This document shows, piece by piece, positions 9,888 to 20,681 of a stretch of DNA of 64,000 bases. Source of the stretch: a virus. The position numbers were made by a program, and so were the translations under genes. Each line of letters starts with the position of its first letter. Position 1 is the stretch's first letter. Location of the stretch: UHGV virus genome UHGV-0023958; one strand, 5' to 3'. The notes beneath the pieces are model-generated. The model saw only the letters and a list, made by a program, of their open reading frames with translations. It ran no database searches and was not told the origin of the DNA.

Positions 9888-10311
9888 TATTGATTTTTTA
9901 GCGAGAGGTTTTCATCTTGATAAGAACGGAAGCGTTAAAATCAAAATTGATGATGAAACAGAAGTTAGTGGTTGGTGGGCATACGGAAATCTTGTTAAAC
10001 TTGGAACTAATTTTTATATTGTTAATGAAATAAATTCTTTTGTTGTAGAAGATTGGTCTGTTTGCAAATGTGTTGGAATTACAAATGGAGATCATCCAGT
10101 ATTCACGCATGATATTATTTCTTATACAATTCCAGAAACGCCGAAGGGCGAAACTGAAATTGGCGAAGTAGTTTCAATCAATCAGTTTGTTCGTATTGAC
10201 GGAAGATATTGGACACACTTATACGATATCAATATGGGCGATTACAAACTCGCTTGCGAAGTTATCGGGAATGTCTTCGAAACACCAGAAAAACTTGAAA
10301 TAAACGAATAA
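9874..10311 (+). CDS. hypothetical protein
   Basis: SD GAAGGAG then ATG 9874. Confidence 0.4.
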   Translation: MQNFDIDFLARGFHLDKNGSVKIKIDDETEVSGWWAYGNLVKLGTNFYIVNEINSFVVEDWSVCKCVGITNGDHPVFTHDIISYTIPETPKGETEIGEVVSINQFVRIDGRYWTHLYDINMGDYKLACEVIGNVFETPEKLEINE

Positions 10312-10321
10312 TTATTTTTAT

Positions 10322-10358
10322 AAAACCGTGCAAAATCACTTGACTATTGTACGGTTTT
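10322..10358 (+). terminator. hairpin AAAACCGTGC..GTACGGTTTT whose loop contains the -35 of the next promoter
   Basis: 10-bp inverted repeat flanking TTGACT, followed by TTTT. Confidence 0.45.
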
Positions 10359-10368
10359 ATGATATAAT
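10340..10368 (+). promoter_or_regulatory. sigma70-type promoter of the NAD operon
   Basis: TTGACT(10340-10345) -17- TATAAT(10363-10368). Confidence 0.6.
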
Positions 10369-10416
10369 ATGTGTAAAATCGACCACTGGTATGGTCGTTT
10401 TGAAAAGGTGGTAGGT

Positions 10417-11199
10417 ATGTCTCAATATTTCATAACATCAGATGTTCATGGTTTCTTCGACGAGCTTATGGTTGCCTTAAATTCAAAAGAGTTTGATGTG
10501 AATAATTCAGACCACAAACTGATTATTCTCGGAGATCTTTTCGATAGAGGACCAGACAATAGAAAAGTTTATGAATTTGTAAAATCACTCGGAGATAGAT
10601 TTATATACGTTCGAGGAAATCATGAAGATTTACTCAGAGAGTGCGTTAGAGAAATCGTTTCTGGAAGAGAGGTGTCGGAACATCATTGGCATAATAGAAC
10701 TGTAGACACTATCGCTGAATTTACGCAAATGAACACAAATGTGTTTCGAGGGTTTGTTCGTTGGGAAAGTGTAAATCAAACAACGTGGGAAGTTATGAAA
10801 CCGATTCTCGATTGGATTGATGAAAAGTCGGTTGATTGTTACGAACTCGATGATAATGTGTTTGTACACGGCTGGATTCCGTCAACTTTCAGAAAAAATT
10901 GGACGAAAGAAAACTGGAAGCGCGCCCGTTGGTACAATGGAATGGAAATGTGGAAGAATGGTTATTGTTTGGAAGACAAAATCATTTGGTGTGGACATTG
11001 GTGCTGTAGTTACGGTTGGTCGAAAATAAGACAGGACTACAAAGAATTTCCACAGAAAAATAGAAAAGGCTGGGAAAAATCGTTTCAACCGTTTATTGAT
11101 GACGGAATTGTGGCGTTAGATTCTGGTGTAACATATAGTAAATTTTTAAATTGTGTTGTTTACGACACACAAAACAAAGAGGTAAATATTTATGTTTGA
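10417..11199 (+). CDS. PPP-family metallophosphoesterase (Ser/Thr phosphatase or ApaH-like)
   Basis: DVHGFFDEL (GDxHG), LGDLFDRGPDN (GDxxDRG), RGNHE (GNHE); SD AAAAGGTGG then ATG 10417. Confidence 0.6.
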   Translation: MSQYFITSDVHGFFDELMVALNSKEFDVNNSDHKLIILGDLFDRGPDNRKVYEFVKSLGDRFIYVRGNHEDLLRECVREIVSGREVSEHHWHNRTVDTIAEFTQMNTNVFRGFVRWESVNQTTWEVMKPILDWIDEKSVDCYELDDNVFVHGWIPSTFRKNWTKENWKRARWYNGMEMWKNGYCLEDKIIWCGHWCCSYGWSKIRQDYKEFPQKNRKGWEKSFQPFIDDGIVALDSGVTYSKFLNCVVYDTQNKEVNIYV

Positions 11200-11938
11200 T
11201 GCAAAAAAAGTAAAATCTGAATTGGTAAACTGGATTAAGGAAACTGTTGGAGATTCTAATGTTGTTATTGGAATTAGTGGCGGTAAAGACTCTTCAATTA
11301 CAGCAGCATTATGTGTTGAAGCACTTGGTAAAGATAAGGTATATGGTGTTTTAATGCCACAGAACGTACAACTTGATATTGATAAAGCGCAACAGCTTGT
11401 TGATATTTTAGGTATTAAAAATTTTACTGTTAATATTGGTTCTACTTATAATGAATTGACTAAATGTGTTCACGAGGCATTTTGTTCATCTAAAGAAAAT
11501 TGCTATCTTCCAGATTTATATACCACTAATACTCCCGCAAGAATTAGAATGACTGTATTGTACGGTGTAGCAGCTTTAATTGGAAATTCTCGTGTTGCAA
11601 ATACCTGCAACCTGAGTGAAGATTATGTTGGTTATGCTACAAAATATGGTGATGGTGCAGGAGATTTTAGTCCTTTGAGCGATTTAACTGTAACAGAAGT
11701 TAAGCAAATTGGATATGAACTTGGATTACCGAAAGAACTTATTGAAAAGATTCCAGATGATGGTATGTGCGGGCAATCAGATGAGGAAAAACTTGGTTTT
11801 ACTTATGCTGTTTTGGATAAATATATTAGAACTGGTGAAATCGAAGATTTAAATACAAAGAACAAGATTGATAGACTGCATTTGGCTGGTCTTCATAAAC
11901 TTGTTCTTATGCCTAAGTTCATTCATAAAGAGTTATAA
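11192..11938 (+). CDS. nadE: NH3-dependent NAD+ synthetase NadE
   Basis: PP-loop GISGGKDSS; ARIRM; TKYGDGAGDFSPL; 248 aa. Confidence 0.75.
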   Translation: MFDAKKVKSELVNWIKETVGDSNVVIGISGGKDSSITAALCVEALGKDKVYGVLMPQNVQLDIDKAQQLVDILGIKNFTVNIGSTYNELTKCVHEAFCSSKENCYLPDLYTTNTPARIRMTVLYGVAALIGNSRVANTCNLSEDYVGYATKYGDGAGDFSPLSDLTVTEVKQIGYELGLPKELIEKIPDDGMCGQSDEEKLGFTYAVLDKYIRTGEIEDLNTKNKIDRLHLAGLHKLVLMPKFIHKEL

Positions 11939-12360
11939 TGCACAAAGTTTTTGAAAAAGATTATTTTTTGTATAAATTGATTAAACAATATCAAGAACAT
12001 GGCAATATCATTATTGCTTATGATTTTGACGATACAGTTCACGATTACCGCACTCATGAACCGATAAACGAGATAATTGATTTATTACAACAACTCAATA
12101 AAAATGCAAATGTAAAATTGATTTGTTATACATCTAGAATAGATAATGAAATAGAATATGTAAAAAACTTTTTATCCAATAACCAAATACCATATACAAC
12201 TATAAATGAACCAGTTTTTGTAGAGGGAATGACTTCTGGGAAAATATATTATAATATTTTAATTGATGACAAATCTGGAATTATAGAAACATATAGAATT
12301 TTAAATGATTTTTTGAATTATATAAAAGAAAATAAGGAGATTATTTATGAACAAAAATAA
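11938..12360 (+). CDS. HAD-superfamily phosphatase
   Basis: HAD motif I DFDDTV, motif II CYTSR, motif III IDDKSG. Confidence 0.5.
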   Translation: MHKVFEKDYFLYKLIKQYQEHGNIIIAYDFDDTVHDYRTHEPINEIIDLLQQLNKNANVKLICYTSRIDNEIEYVKNFLSNNQIPYTTINEPVFVEGMTSGKIYYNILIDDKSGIIETYRILNDFLNYIKENKEIIYEQK

Positions 12361-13582
12361 GTATGCTGAGCTTTGTCCGATTGATTATAATGACGGTTGG
12401 GCGGTCCATTATTTGACAGAAACAGATGTATACAAATTTAATATGGGTATGGTGATGTTTTTAAAATATCCTAATCTTTGGGGAAAATACATCTTTAAAT
12501 GCAGAACTAAGGATGTAAAATTTAATAAAGGAATTCTTTCTGAAATCAATCGTCAAATCGACCATTTGTGCTCTTTAAGATTCACAGAACCAGAATTACA
12601 GTATCTTAAAACAATTCGGTATCTTGGTGGCGCATATCCAGAATATATTGAATATTTGAGATTATGGCATCCAATTCGTGATTATGTAAAGACTTGGATC
12701 GAAGATGATATGCTTCATATTGAAGTAGACGGACCTATGTTCCAATGTATGCAATTTGAAATTTATCTTTTGGAAATTGTGGCACAATCATATAATTATA
12801 TCAATGGCAATATCGAAGAAATTGAAGCATCTGGTATCAAAAAACTCGATGAAAAATTAGAAAAGTTTAAGAATGGCACTTATACTTTTAACTTCGCTGA
12901 ATTTGGCGCGAGAAGAAGAGCTACTGCTCGTATGCAGGATATTGCCGTAGATAAATGTCTGCAAACAGGTCATTGTGTCGGAACTTCCAATGTATATCTT
13001 GCAATGGTTTATGGGGTGACTCCGATCGGAACTTATGCTCACGAGTATGTTCAAATGTTCCAAGGTATTGATGGAATTCAGCTTGCCTATACAAATAAAT
13101 ACGCTCTTAAAGAATGGTTTGAAGTATTTAATGGTGATAATGGTACGGCCTTAACTGATACTTTGTCTACTGATTTATTCCTTATGGATTTTGATAAGCT
13201 TCAAGCAACTATGTACACTGGTGTAAGACATGACTCTGGAGATCCGTATGTTTGGGGAGATAAAATTATTGAGCATTATAAAAAACTTGGAATTGATCCC
13301 AAAACAAAAACATTGTTGTTTAGTGATTCGTTAGATTTTAATAAGGCACAAGAAATCTACAATTATTTTAAAGACAAGTCCAAAGTTTCGTTTGGCATCG
13401 GAACATATATTTCAAATGATACGTGTATTGCTCCTTTGAATATTGTTGTCAAACTTCAATATGTAAATAATAAACCAGTTGCAAAACTTTCCGATGTGTC
13501 TGGTAAAACTATGTGTCAAGATAAAAATTATATTGAATATTTAAAAAATGCTGTTGAATACAGACTTGAAAGTGGGAGATAA
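12347..13582 (+). CDS. pncB: nicotinate phosphoribosyltransferase (PncB-like; NadV-like not excluded)
   Basis: N-terminal TETDVYKFNM (PRTase TDxYK motif), GTYAHEYVQMFQ (GTxAH), 411 aa. Confidence 0.65.
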   Translation: MNKNKYAELCPIDYNDGWAVHYLTETDVYKFNMGMVMFLKYPNLWGKYIFKCRTKDVKFNKGILSEINRQIDHLCSLRFTEPELQYLKTIRYLGGAYPEYIEYLRLWHPIRDYVKTWIEDDMLHIEVDGPMFQCMQFEIYLLEIVAQSYNYINGNIEEIEASGIKKLDEKLEKFKNGTYTFNFAEFGARRRATARMQDIAVDKCLQTGHCVGTSNVYLAMVYGVTPIGTYAHEYVQMFQGIDGIQLAYTNKYALKEWFEVFNGDNGTALTDTLSTDLFLMDFDKLQATMYTGVRHDSGDPYVWGDKIIEHYKKLGIDPKTKTLLFSDSLDFNKAQEIYNYFKDKSKVSFGIGTYISNDTCIAPLNIVVKLQYVNNKPVAKLSDVSGKTMCQDKNYIEYLKNAVEYRLESGR

Positions 13583-13588
13583 AGTATT

Positions 13589-14146
13589 ATGAATGTTAAT
13601 ATTATAATTGATATGCAAAACGATTTTATCGAAGGTTCTCTTAAAAATGATTCTGCAAAGGCAATTGTTCCAAAAATTTGCGAATTTATCAAAAAGAGAA
13701 AAGATGAGAATTTCGTAAGTACATTAGATACTCATCTTGACGAAAAATATCTTCAAACTCAAGAAGGTAAGATGCTTCCGATTAAGCATTGTATATATAA
13801 AACTTGGGGACATGAACTGAATTCATCAATACAAAATGTTTTATATGAGAATAATGTAAGTATAAAATATGCTTATAAGGAAACATTTGGAATGAATCCA
13901 GAAGGTTGGGAAAATATATTTAACAACACAGATTATAAAGAGAAAATTCATTTCTTTTTAACTGGCGTATGCACAGATATTTGCGTCGTATCAAATGCTA
14001 TGATTTTGAAATCTTTGTTCCCAGAAAATGAAATTACTGTATATTCTGATTTATGCGCTGGAACGACGCCAGAAAATCATCAAAAAGCACTTTGTGTTAT
14101 GCAAAGTTGCCAAATTAAGGTAGAGAAATTCTTTGATAATGTATAA
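13589..14146 (+). CDS. pncA: nicotinamidase, isochorismatase family (PncA)
   Basis: IDMQNDF and GVCTDICV cysteine-hydrolase motifs. Confidence 0.65.
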   Translation: MNVNIIIDMQNDFIEGSLKNDSAKAIVPKICEFIKKRKDENFVSTLDTHLDEKYLQTQEGKMLPIKHCIYKTWGHELNSSIQNVLYENNVSIKYAYKETFGMNPEGWENIFNNTDYKEKIHFFLTGVCTDICVVSNAMILKSLFPENEITVYSDLCAGTTPENHQKALCVMQSCQIKVEKFFDNV

Positions 14147-14669
14147 ATATAATTCTGGTTTGATAGTTGGAAGATTCCAATTCTTTCATAATGGACATAA
14201 ATCAATTCTTGATAAAGCATTAAAAGAATGTGAAATTGTAATTGTTTGTATTGGTAGTGTCGAAGAAAAACGAAATTATCGCAATCCATTTAATTATGAA
14301 GAACGTAAAAAATTTATTTTATCGGCTTATTCAAGAAAGGAAAGAAAAAGAATTAAATTTATTCCACTTGTATCTATAGGCGTTGGAGATAATCCTGTTT
14401 GGGGTAATTATATTTTAAATTCTTGCAAGTTTTATCATAATATTTCGCCCGAAGTATATTATACTGGAATGGAATCTGATAGAAATAATTGGTTTCCAAA
14501 TCAAAATATTAAAAACGTTTATATTGATAGAAATATAATTAATATTAGCGCAACAGAACTCAGAGAGGCTTTATTTATTAAAAAGGATTTATCTATAATT
14601 TTTCAGTATATGAATTATAAAGTTGCAAAAGGAATAATTAAAAAATGCAAAAATTATTTAAACATTTAA
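14133..14669 (+). CDS. nicotinamide/nicotinate mononucleotide adenylyltransferase (NadM-like)
   Basis: GRFQFFHNGH matches the GRFQPFHxGH motif of NadM/NadR NMNATs. Confidence 0.65.
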   Translation: MIMYKYNSGLIVGRFQFFHNGHKSILDKALKECEIVIVCIGSVEEKRNYRNPFNYEERKKFILSAYSRKERKRIKFIPLVSIGVGDNPVWGNYILNSCKFYHNISPEVYYTGMESDRNNWFPNQNIKNVYIDRNIINISATELREALFIKKDLSIIFQYMNYKVAKGIIKKCKNYLNI

Positions 14670-15202
14670 AATTAGTGCATCAGCATAGAAAATATGTTAG
14701 AAAAATATGTTTTAAAATGGGTATTTTCTGGAGAGGGATTGTACACGATTTAAGCAAATATTCGATTCAAGAATTAAAAATTGCTAAATACTACAATGGA
14801 AAGAAATCACCTCATCAACAATGTAGAGATGAAATCGGATATTCTCCCAGTTGGATTCATCATAAGCATAAAAACAAACATCATTATCAATATTGGCAAG
14901 ATGATGATGAAGATAATAAAATCATACCTATTAAAATGCCATATAAATATTGTATAGAAATGTTCTGTGATATGGTCGGCGCAGGAATGGCTTATTCGAA
15001 AGATAAGTGGAATACTGGCTCTCCTATTGAATATTGGGAAGAACATTGCATAGGAAAGGCTATTATTCATGAAGAAACAATCTCTCTGATGAATACACTG
15101 TTCTCTATTTTAAAACAATATAACACTATTGATGAATTTTATGTTTGGTATAAAAAACATAAAAAAGAAATTAAAAAAAGATATGAAACAGTAATTTTAT
15201 GA
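14645..15202 (+). CDS. putative HD-domain phosphohydrolase, last gene of the NAD operon
   Basis: H..H...HD arrangement (HQHRKY..GIVHDLSKY); weak. Confidence 0.3.
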   Translation: MQKLFKHLKLVHQHRKYVRKICFKMGIFWRGIVHDLSKYSIQELKIAKYYNGKKSPHQQCRDEIGYSPSWIHHKHKNKHHYQYWQDDDEDNKIIPIKMPYKYCIEMFCDMVGAGMAYSKDKWNTGSPIEYWEEHCIGKAIIHEETISLMNTLFSILKQYNTIDEFYVWYKKHKKEIKKRYETVIL

Positions 15203-15211
15203 AAATTTTCA

Positions 15212-15250
15212 AAATATCCTTGCGAAATTAGTTGACAAGGATATTTTTTT
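15212..15250 (+). terminator. terminator hairpin AAATATCCTTG..CAAGGATATTT plus T-run; loop and stem carry the next -35
   Basis: 11-bp inverted repeat followed by TTTTTTT. Confidence 0.55.
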
Positions 15251-15260
15251 GTGATATAAT
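15232..15260 (+). promoter_or_regulatory. sigma70-type promoter
   Basis: TTGACA(15232-15237) -17- TATAAT(15255-15260). Confidence 0.6.
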
Positions 15261-15291
15261 AAGTATACAAAATCAAAAAGAGGTAATAGTA

Positions 15292-15690
15292 ATGAGATTG
15301 TGGCACAAAGATTTAATCGAATATCTTCCAAAGTTACAGTTAGTAGCACAATGGAGGGAATTAAATTCTATTTATGTTCATCAGAATAATCATATTTTGA
15401 TTAATTATATCCATACTTATCCAAAAGAGTATTTATTATCTTATTCAAATTGTATTATAAATGAGATGAAAAAACGTGGAATTAAAATTAACAGTTATTT
15501 AAATTACGCAAAATATTTCAAAGACATTAAAAAAATTGATAATTTGAAATTCAAAGAGCATGATGATGATTATTTGAAAATTTGTTATTATAATTTATAC
15601 GAAAAATACCTACGTGGACAAAAAGATTTTAGTGAAAATATTTTTTCAAGATTAAATATTTATATAAACAATAGGATGGTATTAAAATGA
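15292..15690 (+). CDS. denV: pyrimidine-dimer DNA glycosylase (T4 endonuclease V / DenV-like)
   Basis: MRLWHKDLIEYLPKLQLVAQWRELNSIY parallels T4 endoV [27 protein letters not shown] including the catalytic-Glu context; KRGIKIN vs KRGFNIK. Confidence 0.5.
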   Translation: MRLWHKDLIEYLPKLQLVAQWRELNSIYVHQNNHILINYIHTYPKEYLLSYSNCIINEMKKRGIKINSYLNYAKYFKDIKKIDNLKFKEHDDDYLKICYYNLYEKYLRGQKDFSENIFSRLNIYINNRMVLK

Positions 15691-15992
15691 AATCTGCAAT
15701 TAAGTATTTTTTAAACACAATAGGACTTTCTTTTATGTTTTTGAGCTTTACCTGTGATTGTCCAGAAACAGCGAGTAAATTACTATGGTTCTTTGGTTTT
15801 ATGTTCTACTGTTCTGTGTGTTACTGGTCATGTGAAGATGAAGCAAAACAAGAAAGACAGATTAAAAAATTAGAAGAGAAAGTTGAAAAGTTGGAGAACA
15901 GATCGCGGAAGAAATATGTTAAACCAGAATTAAGTGTTGAAAATATTCCGTCGAATTATGAAGAATATTTGAAAAATAGAGGTGAATGGTAA
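15687..15992 (+). CDS. hypothetical membrane protein with coiled-coil tail
   Basis: two hydrophobic segments; ORF track. Confidence 0.4.
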   Translation: MKSAIKYFLNTIGLSFMFLSFTCDCPETASKLLWFFGFMFYCSVCYWSCEDEAKQERQIKKLEEKVEKLENRSRKKYVKPELSVENIPSNYEEYLKNRGEW

Positions 15993-15997
15993 ACAAT

Positions 15998-16309
15998 ATG
16001 ACAGATTTAGAATACGATCTTGATTTAGCTGCAGAATTTGGTAACGGTTTTATGCCAGAATCAGATGACGATGGTCTTGACTTTGAAGCAACGGCAAAAA
16101 ACCTTTCCAAAATGGGTTATCAAAAAATAATCTGGCGCGATGTAAATAAAAAACTACCAGATGGTAATTGGTATGTTTTGGGATATGACTATTACGGGCA
16201 AACGTATGCAGTGGTATCTTGGGATGGCACTGATTGGTCAGATGATAATGGAATGTGTTATAATGTAGATTATTGGGCAGAATTACCAGAAATTGAAATA
16301 GAGAAATAA
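15998..16309 (+). CDS. hypothetical protein
   Basis: SD AGGTGAATGG then ATG 15998. Confidence 0.4.
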   Translation: MTDLEYDLDLAAEFGNGFMPESDDDGLDFEATAKNLSKMGYQKIIWRDVNKKLPDGNWYVLGYDYYGQTYAVVSWDGTDWSDDNGMCYNVDYWAELPEIEIEK

Positions 16310-16814
16310 TTTCATTGAGAGGACATAACCATGATAAGAATATTAAATCCAAACAATCCCTGTAAAATATGCTATTACAATCATCTTAATCCTGATACCT
16401 GTGTAGACAAAGAATACGATTACGTTTGCGACGGATGCACCAGTTATCATTGCTGCCAAAACGTATCGGAGACAGAAGTGAGATGTCCCTATTATAAGGA
16501 AGAAAGGCTATGAATCGGAAAGAAGAATTTATCAAATTATTGGAAGCACAAACTTTTAAAACCAATTCCGAAATAGATGACTATGCTGACGAACACAATC
16601 TGTCAGCGGCCGAAGTTTGGCAATGGTTTTCGGAGTATAGAGATGATTGTTTAATCAAGCAATCAATTGGAACACCGTGCGAAGGATGTAAATACGTTAC
16701 AAGAGTAGAAGGTTTTGTGCCTTGTTATGAGTGTTGCAGGAGTAAGTCTGATTATTACGAAAAAATATAATAAAAAGCACGTTTTATTATTTGGTTGCGT
16801 AATGTTTATTATTA

Positions 16815-16843
16815 TTGACAAAAAGACAGAAATTGTTTAAAAT
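16815..16843 (+). promoter_or_regulatory. sigma70-type promoter
   Basis: TTGACA(16815-16820) -17- TAAAAT(16838-16843). Confidence 0.45.
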
Positions 16844-17323
16844 AATCGACATAAGATAAATATTGAAGGAATTATATATATGGAAACAGTAAAAATTAGA
16901 TTGATAATAGATGTACCAAAGAATAATTGTAACGAATGTCAGTTCAGAAGATATCATAGTGAAGAGGTTGGTTATCAAAGCTATAACGATTGGTATACTT
17001 GTTCTTTGTTTAAATGCAAACTCACCGATAACAAAAGATGTATAGCTTGTAAGTCTTTGGAGGTTGACTAAAAATGAAAATTATTTCGCAAGATGGATTA
17101 CATAAGTATGAAATAGCAGATTATTTCGTAGATCTTGAAAATGCAACGATATACGGTAATAGATATAGGGGAGAAATTATAGACAAAATTTTCCTTGGTA
17201 AATACGAAAATGAAGATTTAGCGACACGCGTATTCAAAGAAATGATCGATTATGATTCAGTAGTAGATGGTTGTTTCGAAATGTATCCTTATGATGGAAA
17301 TATTTTTGAAAAATAATTTTAGA

Positions 17324-17352
17324 AAAAGTCAGCAAAATTAGTTGACTTTTTC
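17324..17352 (+). terminator. terminator hairpin fused to promoter -35
   Basis: AAAAAGTCAGC..AGTTGACTTTTT. Confidence 0.5.
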
Positions 17353-17371
17353 TTTGTTTTCAGTTATAATA
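17343..17371 (+). promoter_or_regulatory. sigma70-type promoter
   Basis: TTGACT(17343-17348) -17- TATAAT(17366-17371). Confidence 0.6.
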
Positions 17372-17836
17372 TGAGTATAAAATCAAAGAAATGGCGATAA
17401 AAACAAGTTTAATTTGGAGGTAAATTATGAGCAAACTTGAAAGCTTAATTAAATTTAAAATTGGATATTATGACAGTCTGATTAATACTCTTTTTGTAGA
17501 AGATCCTGATAAAAACCAAAGAAATACGTTTATTTTAGAGACGAAAAAGAGAGCGTTAGAGCAAGTCTTAGAGGATTACCATAATGAAGAAATTTAAAAT
17601 CACAGAAACTAAACAACAGGTAGCAGTAGATATTTTAACAGAACTTGAAGTATGGATGATGGGATTGCCAGTAAATTCCGAACCAACTAAATTAGAACAA
17701 GGTGTAATTGACATCTATAATAAGATGTACAAGAAATATGGATTGAATAAAGATCCTTTCACACTTATGTGCTGTACTGATAAAGAATATTGGAAGAATT
17801 TGGCAGAGTATACAAGACAGGAAATGGAGAATAGAT

Positions 17837-18829
17837 TTGGATATGATGAGTCTTATTAATCAAGATATTTTGAAAGAAGTAGAAAGTAAGAAAGGTTTAA
17901 ATATCACACTGCAAAAAACATGGGAGAATTTAATCCGCCAAGTAAATAACGAATTTTGTGCTGGATATAAAGATAGATATGGTGTTCCAAAAGTTGATTT
18001 CTTTATGGAAGATAGTAATTGTTCAAAAGATTATTTCTATATTAGATTTAGAATTGAGCAAAACCCAGAATGGATGTTCGGTGTAGAGTGCGTGAAAAAA
18101 TCTGTGGAGAAGACTTATATTGATTTCAACTTCCGCTTTTGGGGACAATATTGGGATGTGGTAGACAAGTTTAGATATTCACGTGCAAAATATCGAGATG
18201 AAAGTACATTAAGAATTTTTACAGAAGAAGATACTGAATTTTCTTATGAAGAAGCAATCGATATTGGCGGTGTTTATAGTATTTGCAAGATTATAGATTT
18301 CATTATAAAAGAGCCAGAAATGGCATTTTGCAGAGATTATTATGGTTGGGATTACAACCTTGAATTGCATACTAAAAGAAGTGCTATCAATCAATATAAT
18401 AAATGGCGCAAAGAATTTATGGCGAAAAATTCAGCAAAAGAGATTTGTAGAGTAAAACTTCTTCATTTTATGAAAGACGAAGTTATGCCGTTTTACCCCG
18501 AAGATGCCTTCATTGTAGACAAAGGTGATAATGTAAGACCAAGATACGATATTTGTGTTTATGATGAAAAATGTATGGGACTTAATTGGGGAATCGACTT
18601 ATTAAAGAAAGAAGAAAAAGAAATTCGTCGAAAATACAAGGTATTTTTAAAAGAGTGTAGACAAGTTTTCAAAGAACATAAAGTAAATTTTGTTGATTAT
18701 GTGGATTTACCAAATGATGAATCAAGTTTTGGATGTTGCTATATTATTCCAAGAAAGCTTAAAGAGGCGGTAAAATATAAAAAAATCAACGATAACGGCA
18801 TTGAGTTGTATGTGGTGGACTATGAATAA
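17837..18829 (+). CDS. hypothetical protein
   Basis: 330-codon ORF. Confidence 0.45.
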   Translation: MDMMSLINQDILKEVESKKGLNITLQKTWENLIRQVNNEFCAGYKDRYGVPKVDFFMEDSNCSKDYFYIRFRIEQNPEWMFGVECVKKSVEKTYIDFNFRFWGQYWDVVDKFRYSRAKYRDESTLRIFTEEDTEFSYEEAIDIGGVYSICKIIDFIIKEPEMAFCRDYYGWDYNLELHTKRSAINQYNKWRKEFMAKNSAKEICRVKLLHFMKDEVMPFYPEDAFIVDKGDNVRPRYDICVYDEKCMGLNWGIDLLKKEEKEIRRKYKVFLKECRQVFKEHKVNFVDYVDLPNDESSFGCCYIIPRKLKEAVKYKKINDNGIELYVVDYE

Positions 18830-19528
18830 ATATGAAGGGTTATCAAAAGAACAGCTTATCTTTCTTTTACAGAGATACCAGCACAGTATGCTCATGATTG
18901 GGGAAATCTGTGTAAGTTCAAGCAAACAAGAAGTTTCGGCAGAAAGTGCATTGAATGAAATCAAAGATAATATTGTCAGCATACCTTATATGTCAGATAA
19001 AGAAAAATTATCTGCTTGGGTTGATTATATGCGCGGTAAAATATCTTCAAAAGAATATCGTAAAATTATACTTGGAGAAGAAGATGAGTAAATATAAGAG
19101 ATTAACTAAAACTGAACAGCTTATAGCAGTAACGCCAGTAAAACCAATTTATACAAGTATCACTTACGAAGAATTATATAGAAGACTTGAAGATATTGAA
19201 GATAAGATTGAATCTGGCGAATTAGTTAAATCCATAAAAAAAATAAGTAGGTGAATTATGAGTAGAGAAATAGATGTCCCATGCCAAACATTTATAAAAA
19301 CTATGCAATGTGATTGCGGCGGAGAATTAAGATTTACTTCAGATTTAAAAGATCTCAGAGAAGGACCTCCATATAAACATATTTGTAATAGATGTGGAAA
19401 AATAGAATGTTTTGAATCCACCTATCCCGTAACATTTTCAACTTATACCATGCCAGAAATTAAAGAGAATAAGAATGAATCAGAAAATTGAAAAATAATT
19501 TAAAATCTGAGTTTTATTATTAAAATTA

Positions 19529-19558
19529 GTTGACTTTTTGTTAAAAATACTATATAAT
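19529..19558 (+). promoter_or_regulatory. sigma70-type promoter
   Basis: TTGACT(19529-19534) -18- TATAAT(19553-19558); gene starts ATG 19580. Confidence 0.55.
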
Positions 19559-20681
19559 ATTAGTAACGAGGTAAAAAAAATGATTAAGTGTGATTTTTGT
19601 GTAGTTCCTTGGTATGATGAAAACGGGAGAATTTGTTTTAGCAGAAATAATTGCGATAAAGGTTATTGCTACGACGCAATACAAAGAATGACAGATGTAA
19701 TGAAAGAAGATTTTAAAACAAGAAATTCACGTAATATCAATAATAATTACAATTATAAAGGAAAAAAGAAATGATAATTGATTACATTGGACAAGAATTG
19801 ATTTGGAATCTTTTAGGAACAAATCCTTATCGTCAGAATAGTCCGCATTATTCTATTAAAATTAACTGCAAGACACAGATGCAGAATGAAGAGGCTACGA
19901 AGTTTATTCTTGCGCATATTCCATATTCCAAAGTAAAAGACGTGGTAATGGAATCAGATCACCTCGGAATTGCAACTGATAGAATAATAAAGAGAATTGA
20001 TATTAAGAATGTATTTGATGGTATCAGTTCTGTAGAATTTATAAACGAACGAATTGGAGTGGAATAAGAAAATTATGAAAAGTTGGAGAGATTTATTTGA
20101 TTGGATGGAAATGACATTTTACGCAGTTGTAAAAAAAAGTACATTTCACGTAAGACTTCAAGTAGTCGGTGAAAAGAAACCGTCTTATAGCATTACTGCA
20201 GACGGAATTTCTTATTTCCCCGTAACAAGAAAAATGGCAAAGAAACTTTTGAGAAATGGAATGGTGGTTGAAACTTTCAATGGATAATTATTGCGGTAAA
20301 CCAACAAAGAACGAAATCAGTAGGATAATATGGAAAGCGAAAAAGTGAAAGGAATTAAGGAAGCGATTGAAGTTTATAGCAAAGAGAATAAAAGCATTAC
20401 AATTTTGCGTGGTGTGGAAATACAAGCAATTCCTTATACCGATATTCTAACTCTAATCAATGAGTTGGAAAAGGAAAATAAAAGATTAAAAAGGGCTATA
20501 AACAATGTTCAAAAAAGTTTTGACAATGGAGAGTTTATAAGTAAAGATTGCAAAATAAGTGGATTAAAACAGTTTGCTGAAAGGCTGAAAGAAAGTGCAC
20601 AAACGAACTTAGACCATTTTATGGGATTTCAAAAAGTTGTTTTAGTAGAGCAAATAGACGAACTTTTGGAGGAATATAAAA

